Assembly: GCA_963663165.1 (NCBI GenBank)
Contig: OY760175.1
Span: forward strand, 3,840,001-3,904,000
Length of the DNA: 64,000 nucleotides
DNA from: an uncultured Desulfospira sp.
GTDB taxonomy: Bacteria; Desulfobacterota; Desulfobacteria; Desulfobacterales; Desulfobacteraceae
Direction: 5' to 3'
Under the pieces are notes generated by a model. That model was not told where the DNA came from. It was given only the letters and a program-made list of their open reading frames with translations, and did no database searches. The position numbers and the translations under genes were made by a program. Shown piece after piece: positions 1 to 8,632 of this stretch (position 1 is the first letter of the stretch; the number at the start of each line of letters is the position of its first letter).

Positions 1-142
1 GCCCATTTTATAACCCCTGCGCGCTATGCCAAATTTCTTAAGTTAATGGCATTGACCCCCCATTTGATACCGATGATGGACGAACGGTGACGGCCTGATA
101 GCCTTCAGTCTTAAACAACCTTCAGCCTTTCCTGAAAACAAC

Positions 143-181
143 TGCGGGCCGATCCGGATGATACATCCGATTCGGCCCGCA
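143..181 (-). terminator. Stem-loop downstream of dctM, probable terminator
   Basis: Imperfect inverted repeat TGCGGGCCGATCCGGATG / CATCCGATTCGGCCCGCA just past the dctM stop. Confidence 0.45.
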
Positions 182-226
182 GCAAGATCAAACCGCTAAT
201 GGCTAATAGCTAACAGCTTTTCCCCA

Positions 227-1537
227 TCACAACGCATGCTCAGGAAGCCATATCACGATGTCCGGGAAGAGCAGCATCAGGATAATTACCGACACGTCAA
301 TGATGATAAAGGGCAGCGTGGCCTTATAAATGGTCGCCATGGTGATGTTTTCCGGCACCACGCCTTTCATGACAAAGAGCAGGAATCCGAACGGCGGGCT
401 TTCCATGGCCACTTCCAGGTTCACCAGCATGATCAGGGCGAACCAGATTTCATTGAATCCCAGGGCCTGGACCATGGGCATGAAGATGGGCAGGGTGATG
501 AGCATGATGGAAACCTGCTCCATAAACATGCCAAGGATAAGGATGACCCCCTGCATGGCGATCATCAGTACCAGGGGCGGCAGGGGAAGTGAGGTAACAA
601 CTTCCACCATGCTCGAGGTGGCGCCGGAGTATGCCAGGATCTGGCTGAAGGCCAGGGAGCCGGTGACGATCAAAAACATCATCACCGTGATTTTCATTGT
701 CCCGGCAAGGGATTTCTTGACCAGGTCCATGTTGAGCCGCCCATAGCAGGCAGACAGGATAAAGGTGGACAGGGCACCCATGGCGGCAGATTCCGTCGGA
801 GTGGCAATGCCAAGGAAAATCAGGCCGATGACCGAAAAAATAACCACACTTAACGGCAGGATGTACTTAACTGTCACCCGCATCTTTTCTTTAAAGGAAA
901 CCGGCTCCGGTGTGTAGGAAGGCGCCATCTCGGGCTGAATGATACACCGGCCGACAATGTAGCCAATATAAAGGACCGCCAGCAGCAGTCCGGGCATGAT
1001 CCCGCCGATGAGCATCTTGCCAACGGACACATTGGCTATGGCCGCCAGAATAACGGCTAGGGCACTGGGCGGTATGATCATGGCCAGGGCCCCGCACATG
1101 CAGGAGCCAATGGAAATACAGGGATGATACCCGCGTTTTTCCATATCCGGAATCATGATGGACCCCAGCATGGCCGTGGTCCCGATACTGGACCCGCTCA
1201 AACAGGAAAACATGGTGCCCGATGCCAGGGCCAGCACCCCCAGACGTCCGGGCACCCGGCCCAGCCATTTATCCACAACGTCTATGGCCTTTAAGGCCAG
1301 CTGCGAGTGAAACAGCACCTCCCCCATGATGACAAACAGCGGCACCGGCAGCAGGGAAAAGGTCGACACTGAACTGAAGATACTGTCGGCTAGCTGATAA
1401 AATCCGACTACCCCGTCCCAGTAAAAATAGGCCCCGACCAGATTGACCACCAGAAAGCAGAACGCCACAGGCATGCCCGTAACCAGCAATAACATTAGCC
1501 CGCCGATAATCAGCGTTAACGCAGTATACCATTCCAT
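227..1537 (-). CDS. dctM: TRAP transporter large permease
   Basis: Polytopic membrane protein with LLPVPLF, IIPPS, ATPTESAA and SPPFG motifs; start moved to MEWY (ATG 1537), adjacent to the dctQ stop. Confidence 0.93.
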   Translation of the reverse strand: MEWYTALTLIIGGLMLLLVTGMPVAFCFLVVNLVGAYFYWDGVVGFYQLADSIFSSVSTFSLLPVPLFVIMGEVLFHSQLALKAIDVVDKWLGRVPGRLGVLALASGTMFSCLSGSSIGTTAMLGSIMIPDMEKRGYHPCISIGSCMCGALAMIIPPSALAVILAAIANVSVGKMLIGGIMPGLLLAVLYIGYIVGRCIIQPEMAPSYTPEPVSFKEKMRVTVKYILPLSVVIFSVIGLIFLGIATPTESAAMGALSTFILSACYGRLNMDLVKKSLAGTMKITVMMFLIVTGSLAFSQILAYSGATSSMVEVVTSLPLPPLVLMIAMQGVILILGMFMEQVSIMLITLPIFMPMVQALGFNEIWFALIMLVNLEVAMESPPFGFLLFVMKGVVPENITMATIYKATLPFIIIDVSVIILMLLFPDIVIWLPEHAL

Positions 1538-1538
1538 A

Positions 1539-2102
1539 TCACATAGCCTCCGTTTCTGATGATGAGAAGGAAGTCCCCTGTTCGTCCTCGTCTGATTGAC
1601 CATGCTTTGAGCCCCACAGCTCGTTATAAAACTGCCGGAAGGCTTCAATGCAAAGGAAAAAACTGCCAAAGGGAATCACCCAGACCACCGACCATTTCGG
1701 AAGGGTCAGCATTTTGATCATAACGATATCACGCTGGAACAAATCCCATGTGGCGCCGCAGGTTGAAAGAAAGAGAACCAAAATGGCAATGGCCGCCACA
1801 AAAGATGCAAATATTTTGAATTTGCGGGTGATATGGGTAGGGCAAAAGAAAAACAGGATATCCACATTAACATGCCCTTTTTCCCTTAAAAGCCAAGGAC
1901 TTCCCAGAAAGGTAAGATAAACCAGCAGATACTCACACACCTCCATGGCCCATCCTGTGGGATTACGAAAAAGGTAGCGCATTACAACATCATAACAAAT
2001 TAAAAGCATCATAAAGAGTAATATGGCACCGGACACAACGGCCATTGCGTTGAGTATGCCATCGAACCATCGTCCGGACCTGTTCAGCAGTGTCGTCATC
2101 AT
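1539..2102 (-). CDS. dctQ: TRAP transporter small permease
   Basis: Four TM helices, DVVMRY...W..E...GHVNVD pattern, lies between dctP and dctM. Confidence 0.92.
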   Translation of the reverse strand: MMTTLLNRSGRWFDGILNAMAVVSGAILLFMMLLICYDVVMRYLFRNPTGWAMEVCEYLLVYLTFLGSPWLLREKGHVNVDILFFFCPTHITRKFKIFASFVAAIAILVLFLSTCGATWDLFQRDIVMIKMLTLPKWSVVWVIPFGSFFLCIEAFRQFYNELWGSKHGQSDEDEQGTSFSSSETEAM

Positions 2103-2227
2103 TACCTTCCATTTTCTTTCTTGTTGGGGGATATTCCGGCTGCCTCGCTTAGGGGTTGCCTAAAGGGACCGGCAGCCGGAGCTTAAACCTTACTTAACGT
2201 TTACTTATTTGCTTATTGTTAACTTCC

Positions 2228-3250
2228 TTATTTCTTCAATGGTTTTGAAATCAATTCTTTGAGCTTGGCGCCGCCCTCAGGGGCTTCTTTAATCACCGTG
2301 GCCCAGGTTTCATCATAGGCCATGTTGCTGTATACTTCAGCTTCTTCAGGTGACAGATGAACTTCCTGAACACCGGCCGCCTTCATAATTTCCCAGGCAT
2401 GTTCCTTTTCACGCAGAACCCGGACCGTATCCACCCCCTCAAAGACTTCCACACAATGTTCAAGTATTTCCTGAAGGTCTTTGGGCAGGCTGTTATACTT
2501 GGTCAGGTTGACGAGCAAAGCGTTTTCCAGCTGGAACACGCCGGGCAAAATTTTATACTTGGTCACCTCGTGCCATCCCCAGTCGGGAATCTCAAAATCC
2601 GAGGTCCACATATACCCGTCCACAACGCCCCGCTGCATGGCCGTGTAAACATCCGTGGGCGGAATGATGATGGGCTTGGCACCCAATTTTTTGATAAACG
2701 GGATGTAAAGGGGCATGGCCCGGATTTTCAGGCCTTTGAAATCCTCAAGTTTTTCTACTTTCTTAGAGGTGTAGATGTTAAAGTCAATAACGGACTGAAT
2801 GGTGCCGATGTACTTTGCATTGATCTTTTCCTGACAAATTTTATCCCAGATGTCATGGACCCCTGTCAGCCGTTCCTCCCAGGCCGCCAGCCGGGAAAGG
2901 CCTTTTGCCTGAAGTTCGGGCGCAAAGGCTTTAAGATAAGCAAAGGGCGTATGCAGAATCATGTCGATGGTGCCCCGCCGGACCGCCTCGCCCTGGTCAA
3001 ATGACTTGACCACTTCCGGACCGCCCACATAATTGATTTTCAACCGTCCGTCGGACTGTTTTTCAATCATCTTGATCAGATCGGGCAGGGCCCGGTTGAC
3101 CATGGCGGTTTTGGGAAAGGCCGTCACCGCCTTGAGCGTAATTGTGTCTGAGGCCATAGAAGCCCCCGGTGCGGACAACATCGCACCCATTACCATTAGA
3201 AGAGCTGCAGCAGGAAGCCAAATCCAGGAATTTCTCATTTTCATGTCCAT
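2228..3250 (-). CDS. dctP: TRAP substrate-binding protein
   Basis: Signal peptide, DFKGLKIR and VYTAMQRGVVDG motifs. Confidence 0.92.
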   Translation of the reverse strand: MDMKMRNSWIWLPAAALLMVMGAMLSAPGASMASDTITLKAVTAFPKTAMVNRALPDLIKMIEKQSDGRLKINYVGGPEVVKSFDQGEAVRRGTIDMILHTPFAYLKAFAPELQAKGLSRLAAWEERLTGVHDIWDKICQEKINAKYIGTIQSVIDFNIYTSKKVEKLEDFKGLKIRAMPLYIPFIKKLGAKPIIIPPTDVYTAMQRGVVDGYMWTSDFEIPDWGWHEVTKYKILPGVFQLENALLVNLTKYNSLPKDLQEILEHCVEVFEGVDTVRVLREKEHAWEIMKAAGVQEVHLSPEEAEVYSNMAYDETWATVIKEAPEGGAKLKELISKPLKK

Positions 3251-3494
3251 TCTCCTTTTCAGTGTTTATGGTTTGGGTTGGCATTAAGACGGATCAAGCA
3301 CAGCTGAATCCGTTTCCATTTACATTTTGACTCAACACCTGTCTTTCAAAAAAAAATGCAATCCTTACAAATTAAGAGATTGCTTGGGGTTGCAATTTTT
3401 TTGCGCCTTGCATCTCGAGCTGCTTTACATCCAAAATTGGTGGGGCCGGTCACATTTTCCCGGCCCCGGTTTTATTCATGTTGGCCAGTAATGG

Positions 3495-4328
3495 TTACTT
3501 GGCCAATACAATGGTTCCCATGTTTCTATCAACATCGGTTTTGATATCAATGGTCTGGGTTTTATAGCCGTCATATTCAACATTGATCTGAAATGTTTTG
3601 CCGGCTTCAAGGCCCTTAAATTCAAAATCACCCAGAAAATCCGTTGTGCTGGTCATTTCGGTGCCGTCGCCTTTAAGGGTTACCTTAACCCCCTGGCTGC
3701 AAACATCCTGCTGATCTTCAAGCAGGACTTCGCCCATGACCACCCGCTTGGGAACATTCCGGTAAACCACGTTGGAATGCAATCCAAATGCGGGATTCAG
3801 TTGCTCGGTGGGGGCCGATGCAATGTCCTTTGAAAGCGCGCTGTTGGGATCATCAAGGTCACCAAACAAGATGGCGCCGCTCGGACATGCCTCAGCGCAT
3901 CTGGGCTCTTTTGCGCCCTTTTCGAGTAAATGGACACAAAAGCTGCATTTCTGGGGAACATCCAGAACCGCATTCCAGGAAATGGCCCGGTAGGGGCAAT
4001 AGGTCATGATGTCTCTGTTGCCTTTTGCCTTTTCAGGGTCAATCACGACGATACCGTCATCCCGGCGGTAAACCTCTCCGTCTACGGCCTTGGCCACACA
4101 AGGAGCATCCTTACACTGAAGGCATGGCATGGCAATGTAATCCACCTTAACCTTGGGGCAGGTTCCCATTTCTTTTTCCGTGACCTTCATAAAGGGTTTG
4201 CTGTCATGGGGAATGGCTAACGAAAAGGGCGGATAATCGTTTCCGGAATATTCGTCCTTGCATGCCAGAAAGCAATTATAGCAGCCATTGCATTTGTTTA
4301 CATCTATTCTCATTCCATATTTGGCCAT
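3495..4328 (-). CDS. Fe-S beta subunit, pyrogallol transhydroxylase BthL-like (three [4Fe-4S] clusters)
   Basis: CxxCxxCxxxC motifs; APCVAKA...IDPEKAKG segment lacks the Cys set of a fourth cluster, as in BthL; C-terminal beta-sandwich domain (TDFLGDFEF); start at MAKYG. Confidence 0.88.
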   Translation of the reverse strand: MAKYGMRIDVNKCNGCYNCFLACKDEYSGNDYPPFSLAIPHDSKPFMKVTEKEMGTCPKVKVDYIAMPCLQCKDAPCVAKAVDGEVYRRDDGIVVIDPEKAKGNRDIMTYCPYRAISWNAVLDVPQKCSFCVHLLEKGAKEPRCAEACPSGAILFGDLDDPNSALSKDIASAPTEQLNPAFGLHSNVVYRNVPKRVVMGEVLLEDQQDVCSQGVKVTLKGDGTEMTSTTDFLGDFEFKGLEAGKTFQINVEYDGYKTQTIDIKTDVDRNMGTIVLAK

Positions 4329-4332
4329 TGGT

Positions 4333-6849
4333 TTAACCCTCCCATTTTCCAATTTCAATCAGACAGGTATTTGGTGTCATCCCCGGTACATTCTGGGACA
4401 TCATGGTGGATGATGTAAGGATATTGACACATCCGCCCCTGTCTACCGAGTCTGCTTTGCCGGGTTCCAACGGATCATAATTGGCGGCTGATCCATAGCT
4501 GTGAACCACCCCTTCGGGAACCCTTTCGGTAATCACTGCGGCACACAGAACCGTGCCCCGGTCATTGTAGAGTTTAACGATATCTTCCTGCCGAATTCCG
4601 CGTTTGGCGGCATCGGCCGGGTTGATCCTCACCGGCCAGTAGGCATAGCCGTCCTTTTTGATCCGGTGGGTGGGGATATCATTGAGCCAGTCCGTGTGTT
4701 TATCATACATGGTATGGAAACTGAACCGCGGATGGGGGCTGATGATCTGAAGCGGGTATTTTTCCCGGATGGGGCTCTTATGACCTTCCCAGCTTTCAAT
4801 GTAATGGGGCACAACAGGCCTTTCCTGGTCATCGGGAAGATTTGCTTTAAGGCTCTGAGAGGCAAATTCAAACTTTCCGCTGTAGGTACTCAGCTCATTG
4901 GCTTTGTCTGTTCCCCGTTTGGGATTCATGGAATCCGGGGTATCGCAGGCGCGGCCTTCATTGAACCAGCGCAATGCCGGGGTCGCCTTGTAATCATCGG
5001 ACGGGCTGATAATAATGTAGCCTTTTTTATCAAACTCTTCCCAGCTCATGATTTTGGGCAGGTCTGAAATTTCATAATAGGCCTTGGCCCAGTCCATGGT
5101 CGTTCTGCCACCGTCGGTATAAAGGTCCTTTTTACCCAGTTTTTCAGAAAGCGCCGTAAAAATTTCATAGTCAGGCCTTGACTCCCACAGGGGCTCAATG
5201 GCTTTTTGCTGGCGGACAATGATCCGGTAGTTGCACCCATTGTTGCCATGGTTGCTGTAGCCGCCGGCGGCGGCCCATTCTGCCCAGTCATCTCTTTCAA
5301 GGGCCGTACAGGCCGGAAAGATGATGTCGGCAAACTTGGTTTCACTGCAGTACCAGCAATCCTGGTTAACCACGAATTCCAGGTTCGGGCTCTGGTACAT
5401 CTTTACCCATTTGCTGGTATCGCTCATGGTCCCGATGAAGCTACCGCCGTATCTGTAGAACATCTTTATGTCGGAATACCCTTCCAGGGGATAGGTGAAT
5501 TTCTGGAACTGCATTTCAAGGTTCTGACCGCAGAAACCGGCACCGGTCCAGGCATCTTTCTTATTTATAATGGCATCGGGAAGGGTCAGTCTGTAAAGGC
5601 GCTGCTTGGTGGGGTTGGTGATCTTGGTCCGGGCGGCTCTGGTAATGGCCATCCGGGTGTCGAGATCCGCATATCCGGGAACATAAAAAGAGGTGTCGGC
5701 CGGACAGCCCATGGTGGTTCCCCAAATGGAGGTACCGGGTTTGCCAAGTCCCTGCATGGCTTGAAGAAGAACCATCAGTCTGGCCCACTCCGTTCCGAAA
5801 GCAGTTCGGCACGCCCCGCCTTCACCGCCCCTGGTACCGGCGGAAAGGATGGTCTTTTTGGCAGCCCACTCTTTGGCCAGGGACCGAATCTTTCTGGCGG
5901 GAATTCCGGACTCTTCTGAAGCCCACTCAGGGGTTTTGGCCTGGCCGTCTTCTTTTCCGGTGACGTATTCTTTGAACTCGTCAAACCCCACGGTCCTGTT
6001 TTCAACAAAGTCCTTGTCATAGGTATCGTCTTCAATCCAGGTGTAGGCGATGGCCAGGGCAACCGCGGCGTTTGAATCCGGGTTGGGGGGCAGCCAGGTG
6101 CCGTCCATATGAGCTGCGGTATAGTTGAAGTAAGGATCAAGGAAAACCATTTTAACGCCTTTTTCCTTGAGCCACTGCCGCCAGATAACAGAATCCTGGC
6201 CGCAGTAAATGGCATGGGTCGTATCCGGGTCATTGGACCAGAAAACGATCATCTCAGCATTCTGCATGGCATCTTCAAGAAGGTCATACTGCTCGGGCAT
6301 GCCCAGGCGCCAGAAAAATCCCCAGGCATGGGTGGCACCCCAGTGCCAGCCTTCCCAGGAGTCCGGGTTGTCCAGTACCGGCGTAAATTCCAGCATGTCC
6401 ATGAAGCGGGGGAAGGGTCCCATTTTATAGCCGACAATACCCCAGTTATGGTGGGATGATGTGATGCCGGTAATGGCAGATCCGCCGTATTCGCCCTGGA
6501 TTCTCTTGATCTCATTGGCCGTAATATCCAGCGCCTCTTCCCAGCTGATCCGTTCGTAGCCGGACTTGCCCCTGTTCTGGGGATTTCTCTCCCCATTGGG
6601 ATCAAAATCCACTCGTTTCATGGGGTATTTAATTCTGTCAGCGGAATACAGGCGGGTCCTTTCGGCATGGACAAAAGGCGCCAGGTTTGCCTTTAACGGC
6701 GGGCTGTATTTTTTTCCATCGGCCTCAATTGTCCAGGGTTTAAAATCCTCTTCCTGCATAATCAAAGGCTGAACCCTGGTAACTTTTCCGTCGGTTACCG
6801 TTACTGATATTGGCCCTTCATTTGTGCAGCTTGAATAGACTTTTTCCAT
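4333..6849 (-). CDS. Molybdopterin oxidoreductase alpha subunit, close homolog of pyrogallol-phloroglucinol transhydroxylase AthL
   Basis: SSHHNWG, NPDSWEGWHWG (Ser Mo ligand), WRLGMPEQYDLLED, GGACR, SPHPRFS, DRGGCVNIL; no Tat signal and no N-terminal Fe-S motif. Confidence 0.9.
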   Translation of the reverse strand: MEKVYSSCTNEGPISVTVTDGKVTRVQPLIMQEEDFKPWTIEADGKKYSPPLKANLAPFVHAERTRLYSADRIKYPMKRVDFDPNGERNPQNRGKSGYERISWEEALDITANEIKRIQGEYGGSAITGITSSHHNWGIVGYKMGPFPRFMDMLEFTPVLDNPDSWEGWHWGATHAWGFFWRLGMPEQYDLLEDAMQNAEMIVFWSNDPDTTHAIYCGQDSVIWRQWLKEKGVKMVFLDPYFNYTAAHMDGTWLPPNPDSNAAVALAIAYTWIEDDTYDKDFVENRTVGFDEFKEYVTGKEDGQAKTPEWASEESGIPARKIRSLAKEWAAKKTILSAGTRGGEGGACRTAFGTEWARLMVLLQAMQGLGKPGTSIWGTTMGCPADTSFYVPGYADLDTRMAITRAARTKITNPTKQRLYRLTLPDAIINKKDAWTGAGFCGQNLEMQFQKFTYPLEGYSDIKMFYRYGGSFIGTMSDTSKWVKMYQSPNLEFVVNQDCWYCSETKFADIIFPACTALERDDWAEWAAAGGYSNHGNNGCNYRIIVRQQKAIEPLWESRPDYEIFTALSEKLGKKDLYTDGGRTTMDWAKAYYEISDLPKIMSWEEFDKKGYIIISPSDDYKATPALRWFNEGRACDTPDSMNPKRGTDKANELSTYSGKFEFASQSLKANLPDDQERPVVPHYIESWEGHKSPIREKYPLQIISPHPRFSFHTMYDKHTDWLNDIPTHRIKKDGYAYWPVRINPADAAKRGIRQEDIVKLYNDRGTVLCAAVITERVPEGVVHSYGSAANYDPLEPGKADSVDRGGCVNILTSSTMMSQNVPGMTPNTCLIEIGKWEG

Positions 6850-7231
6850 AACATTTCCTTTTAAAAGTCAATTAATATTAATTGGTATAAAATTACCCAT
6901 AAATGTTAATTTTTTTGCCAATCTATTTTTCTTATGCTAATGATAAGCATTTTGTCAATAAAAAACCGGCTTATCATTGACATCTTGGTCAAAAAGCCGG
7001 GCTTATTTACACATTATCGCTGTGGTGAGACCGTGTTTCCCTTTTTTACAGCTTTCCCCACAGTACCGGAGGGTACCGGGAAAAGTCGCACAAATTGATT
7101 TGGATCTGAACTGATTACGCCTGTAGTATTCCCAGGTAACATAACGCATCCTTTATAAATAATGCCATTAAAGAAGCATTTACTGTCCCAGCGATTTAGA
7201 CTGAACCGATCATTATAGATCGAAATAAATA

Positions 7232-7328
7232 TGTCAATATAAAAAAGCCTTTTTTTTCAAAATTTTATTCAAACTGAAAAAAAAATGGAATTTTATATTG
7301 ACAGATTTCCTAATATTCGTAGTATCAT
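7232..7328 (+). promoter_or_regulatory. Divergent promoter region with a 13-bp inverted repeat overlapping a TTGACA -35 box
   Basis: TGTCAATATAAAA (7232-7244) / TTTTATATTGACA (7291-7303); TAGTAT/TATCAT downstream, upstream of the Lrp gene. Confidence 0.4.
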
Positions 7329-7365
7329 GGTATAAATTCACTTCTATCAGGACAAAAATTAAAAA

Positions 7366-8358
7366 ATGAAACTCAACAAAACCGACTTTCTGTTGATCAA
7401 GGCACTTCAAAAAAACGGCAGCGCCAGCTATTCGGATCTTGCCGGGGAACTGGGCATTACCGCCAAAACCGTTGCCAAAAAAACCGACCGGCTGCTGAAG
7501 AACAAAGTGATCTCCATCATTGCGCGACCCAACCCATACAGGCTCGGGCTTTTGGAAAGCGCCTTCATTGCCCTGAAAACCAACTTGTTAAAAAACGGGG
7601 AAATCTGCCGCTATCTGTCGGATAACTTTAATGTCAACCTGGTCCAGACCGTGTTCGGCAGCTATGACATCATAGCCGTTGTCTATTTTCAAGACCTGCA
7701 GCAGCTTCACAAGTTCATTGATGAAGAACTGTATACCCTGGACGGGGTCATCAAGGTGAAGACCTATTTCATTAAAGACACCTATAAACGGTACGATCGT
7801 TTTTTTGAAAAAGAATCCTTTTCCCAGGAGCCCGTTAAGATGAAAGAGACGGACTGGGAGCTTGTCAAAACCCTGTCCTGTGACGCCCGGGCCAACCCGG
7901 CCCATTTGGCGGAGGCTTTCGGGATTCACTTATCCACGGTCTACCGGCGCATTGAAACCCTGCAGAAAACCGGGGCCATCAGTATCAGTGCCGTGCCCAA
8001 CCCGTCGCGCCTGACCCCCCATTCATCCAATGCCTTTGTTATTTTAGAAACCCCTCCCCAGGAGGTGACGCTGCTCTTTAAAAAGCTGCGGGATTGCCCT
8101 GAAGTCCATTTTCTGATGACCACCAACACCCACTCCGGCCTGATCGCCTGCATCCACTCAAGGGACAATGCCTCGCTGTTTCAATTCATCCAGCAGTATA
8201 TCTCATCTCCCAACGGGCTTCTCAATGCGGATGTCTTTATCCGGGCCATGGTCCATAAAACTTATTACAACTGGTTTAAGGATGATGCTGTCCCGGTGGA
8301 CGGTGAAAAAACTGTGGAACTGGTAGATTCGGGCCTTGAATTGTCAAAAGGGCTTTAA
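7366..8358 (+). CDS. Lrp/AsnC family regulator, tandem double domain
   Basis: Two HTH-AsnC plus RAM repeats (LNKTDFLLIKALQKNGSASYSDLA; ETDWELVKTLSCDARANPAHLA). Confidence 0.88.
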   Translation: MKLNKTDFLLIKALQKNGSASYSDLAGELGITAKTVAKKTDRLLKNKVISIIARPNPYRLGLLESAFIALKTNLLKNGEICRYLSDNFNVNLVQTVFGSYDIIAVVYFQDLQQLHKFIDEELYTLDGVIKVKTYFIKDTYKRYDRFFEKESFSQEPVKMKETDWELVKTLSCDARANPAHLAEAFGIHLSTVYRRIETLQKTGAISISAVPNPSRLTPHSSNAFVILETPPQEVTLLFKKLRDCPEVHFLMTTNTHSGLIACIHSRDNASLFQFIQQYISSPNGLLNADVFIRAMVHKTYYNWFKDDAVPVDGEKTVELVDSGLELSKGL

Positions 8359-8632
8359 CTGCCTGAACTATCAGTTAAAAAATAATGGCAATATCTTGTC
8401 TTTGAATTGGCGGTTTTTTTTAAAAATAGAGAAAAAAAAGAAAATTTAGAATTTTCTCTTTACTTTTTGTTCAATTTATCTTATTCGCTGTAATCAATGG
8501 CCTCGCTCATGTTGCCCTGCTTATCTTGACTACTTTATGTTAACTGGCCTTGCTTTGCTGATGTTGTCGTGTGTCGTGGATTTGGTTTTGCCGGATCCTT
8601 ATCGAAATAATTTTTTCAACGGGGAGAAATGA

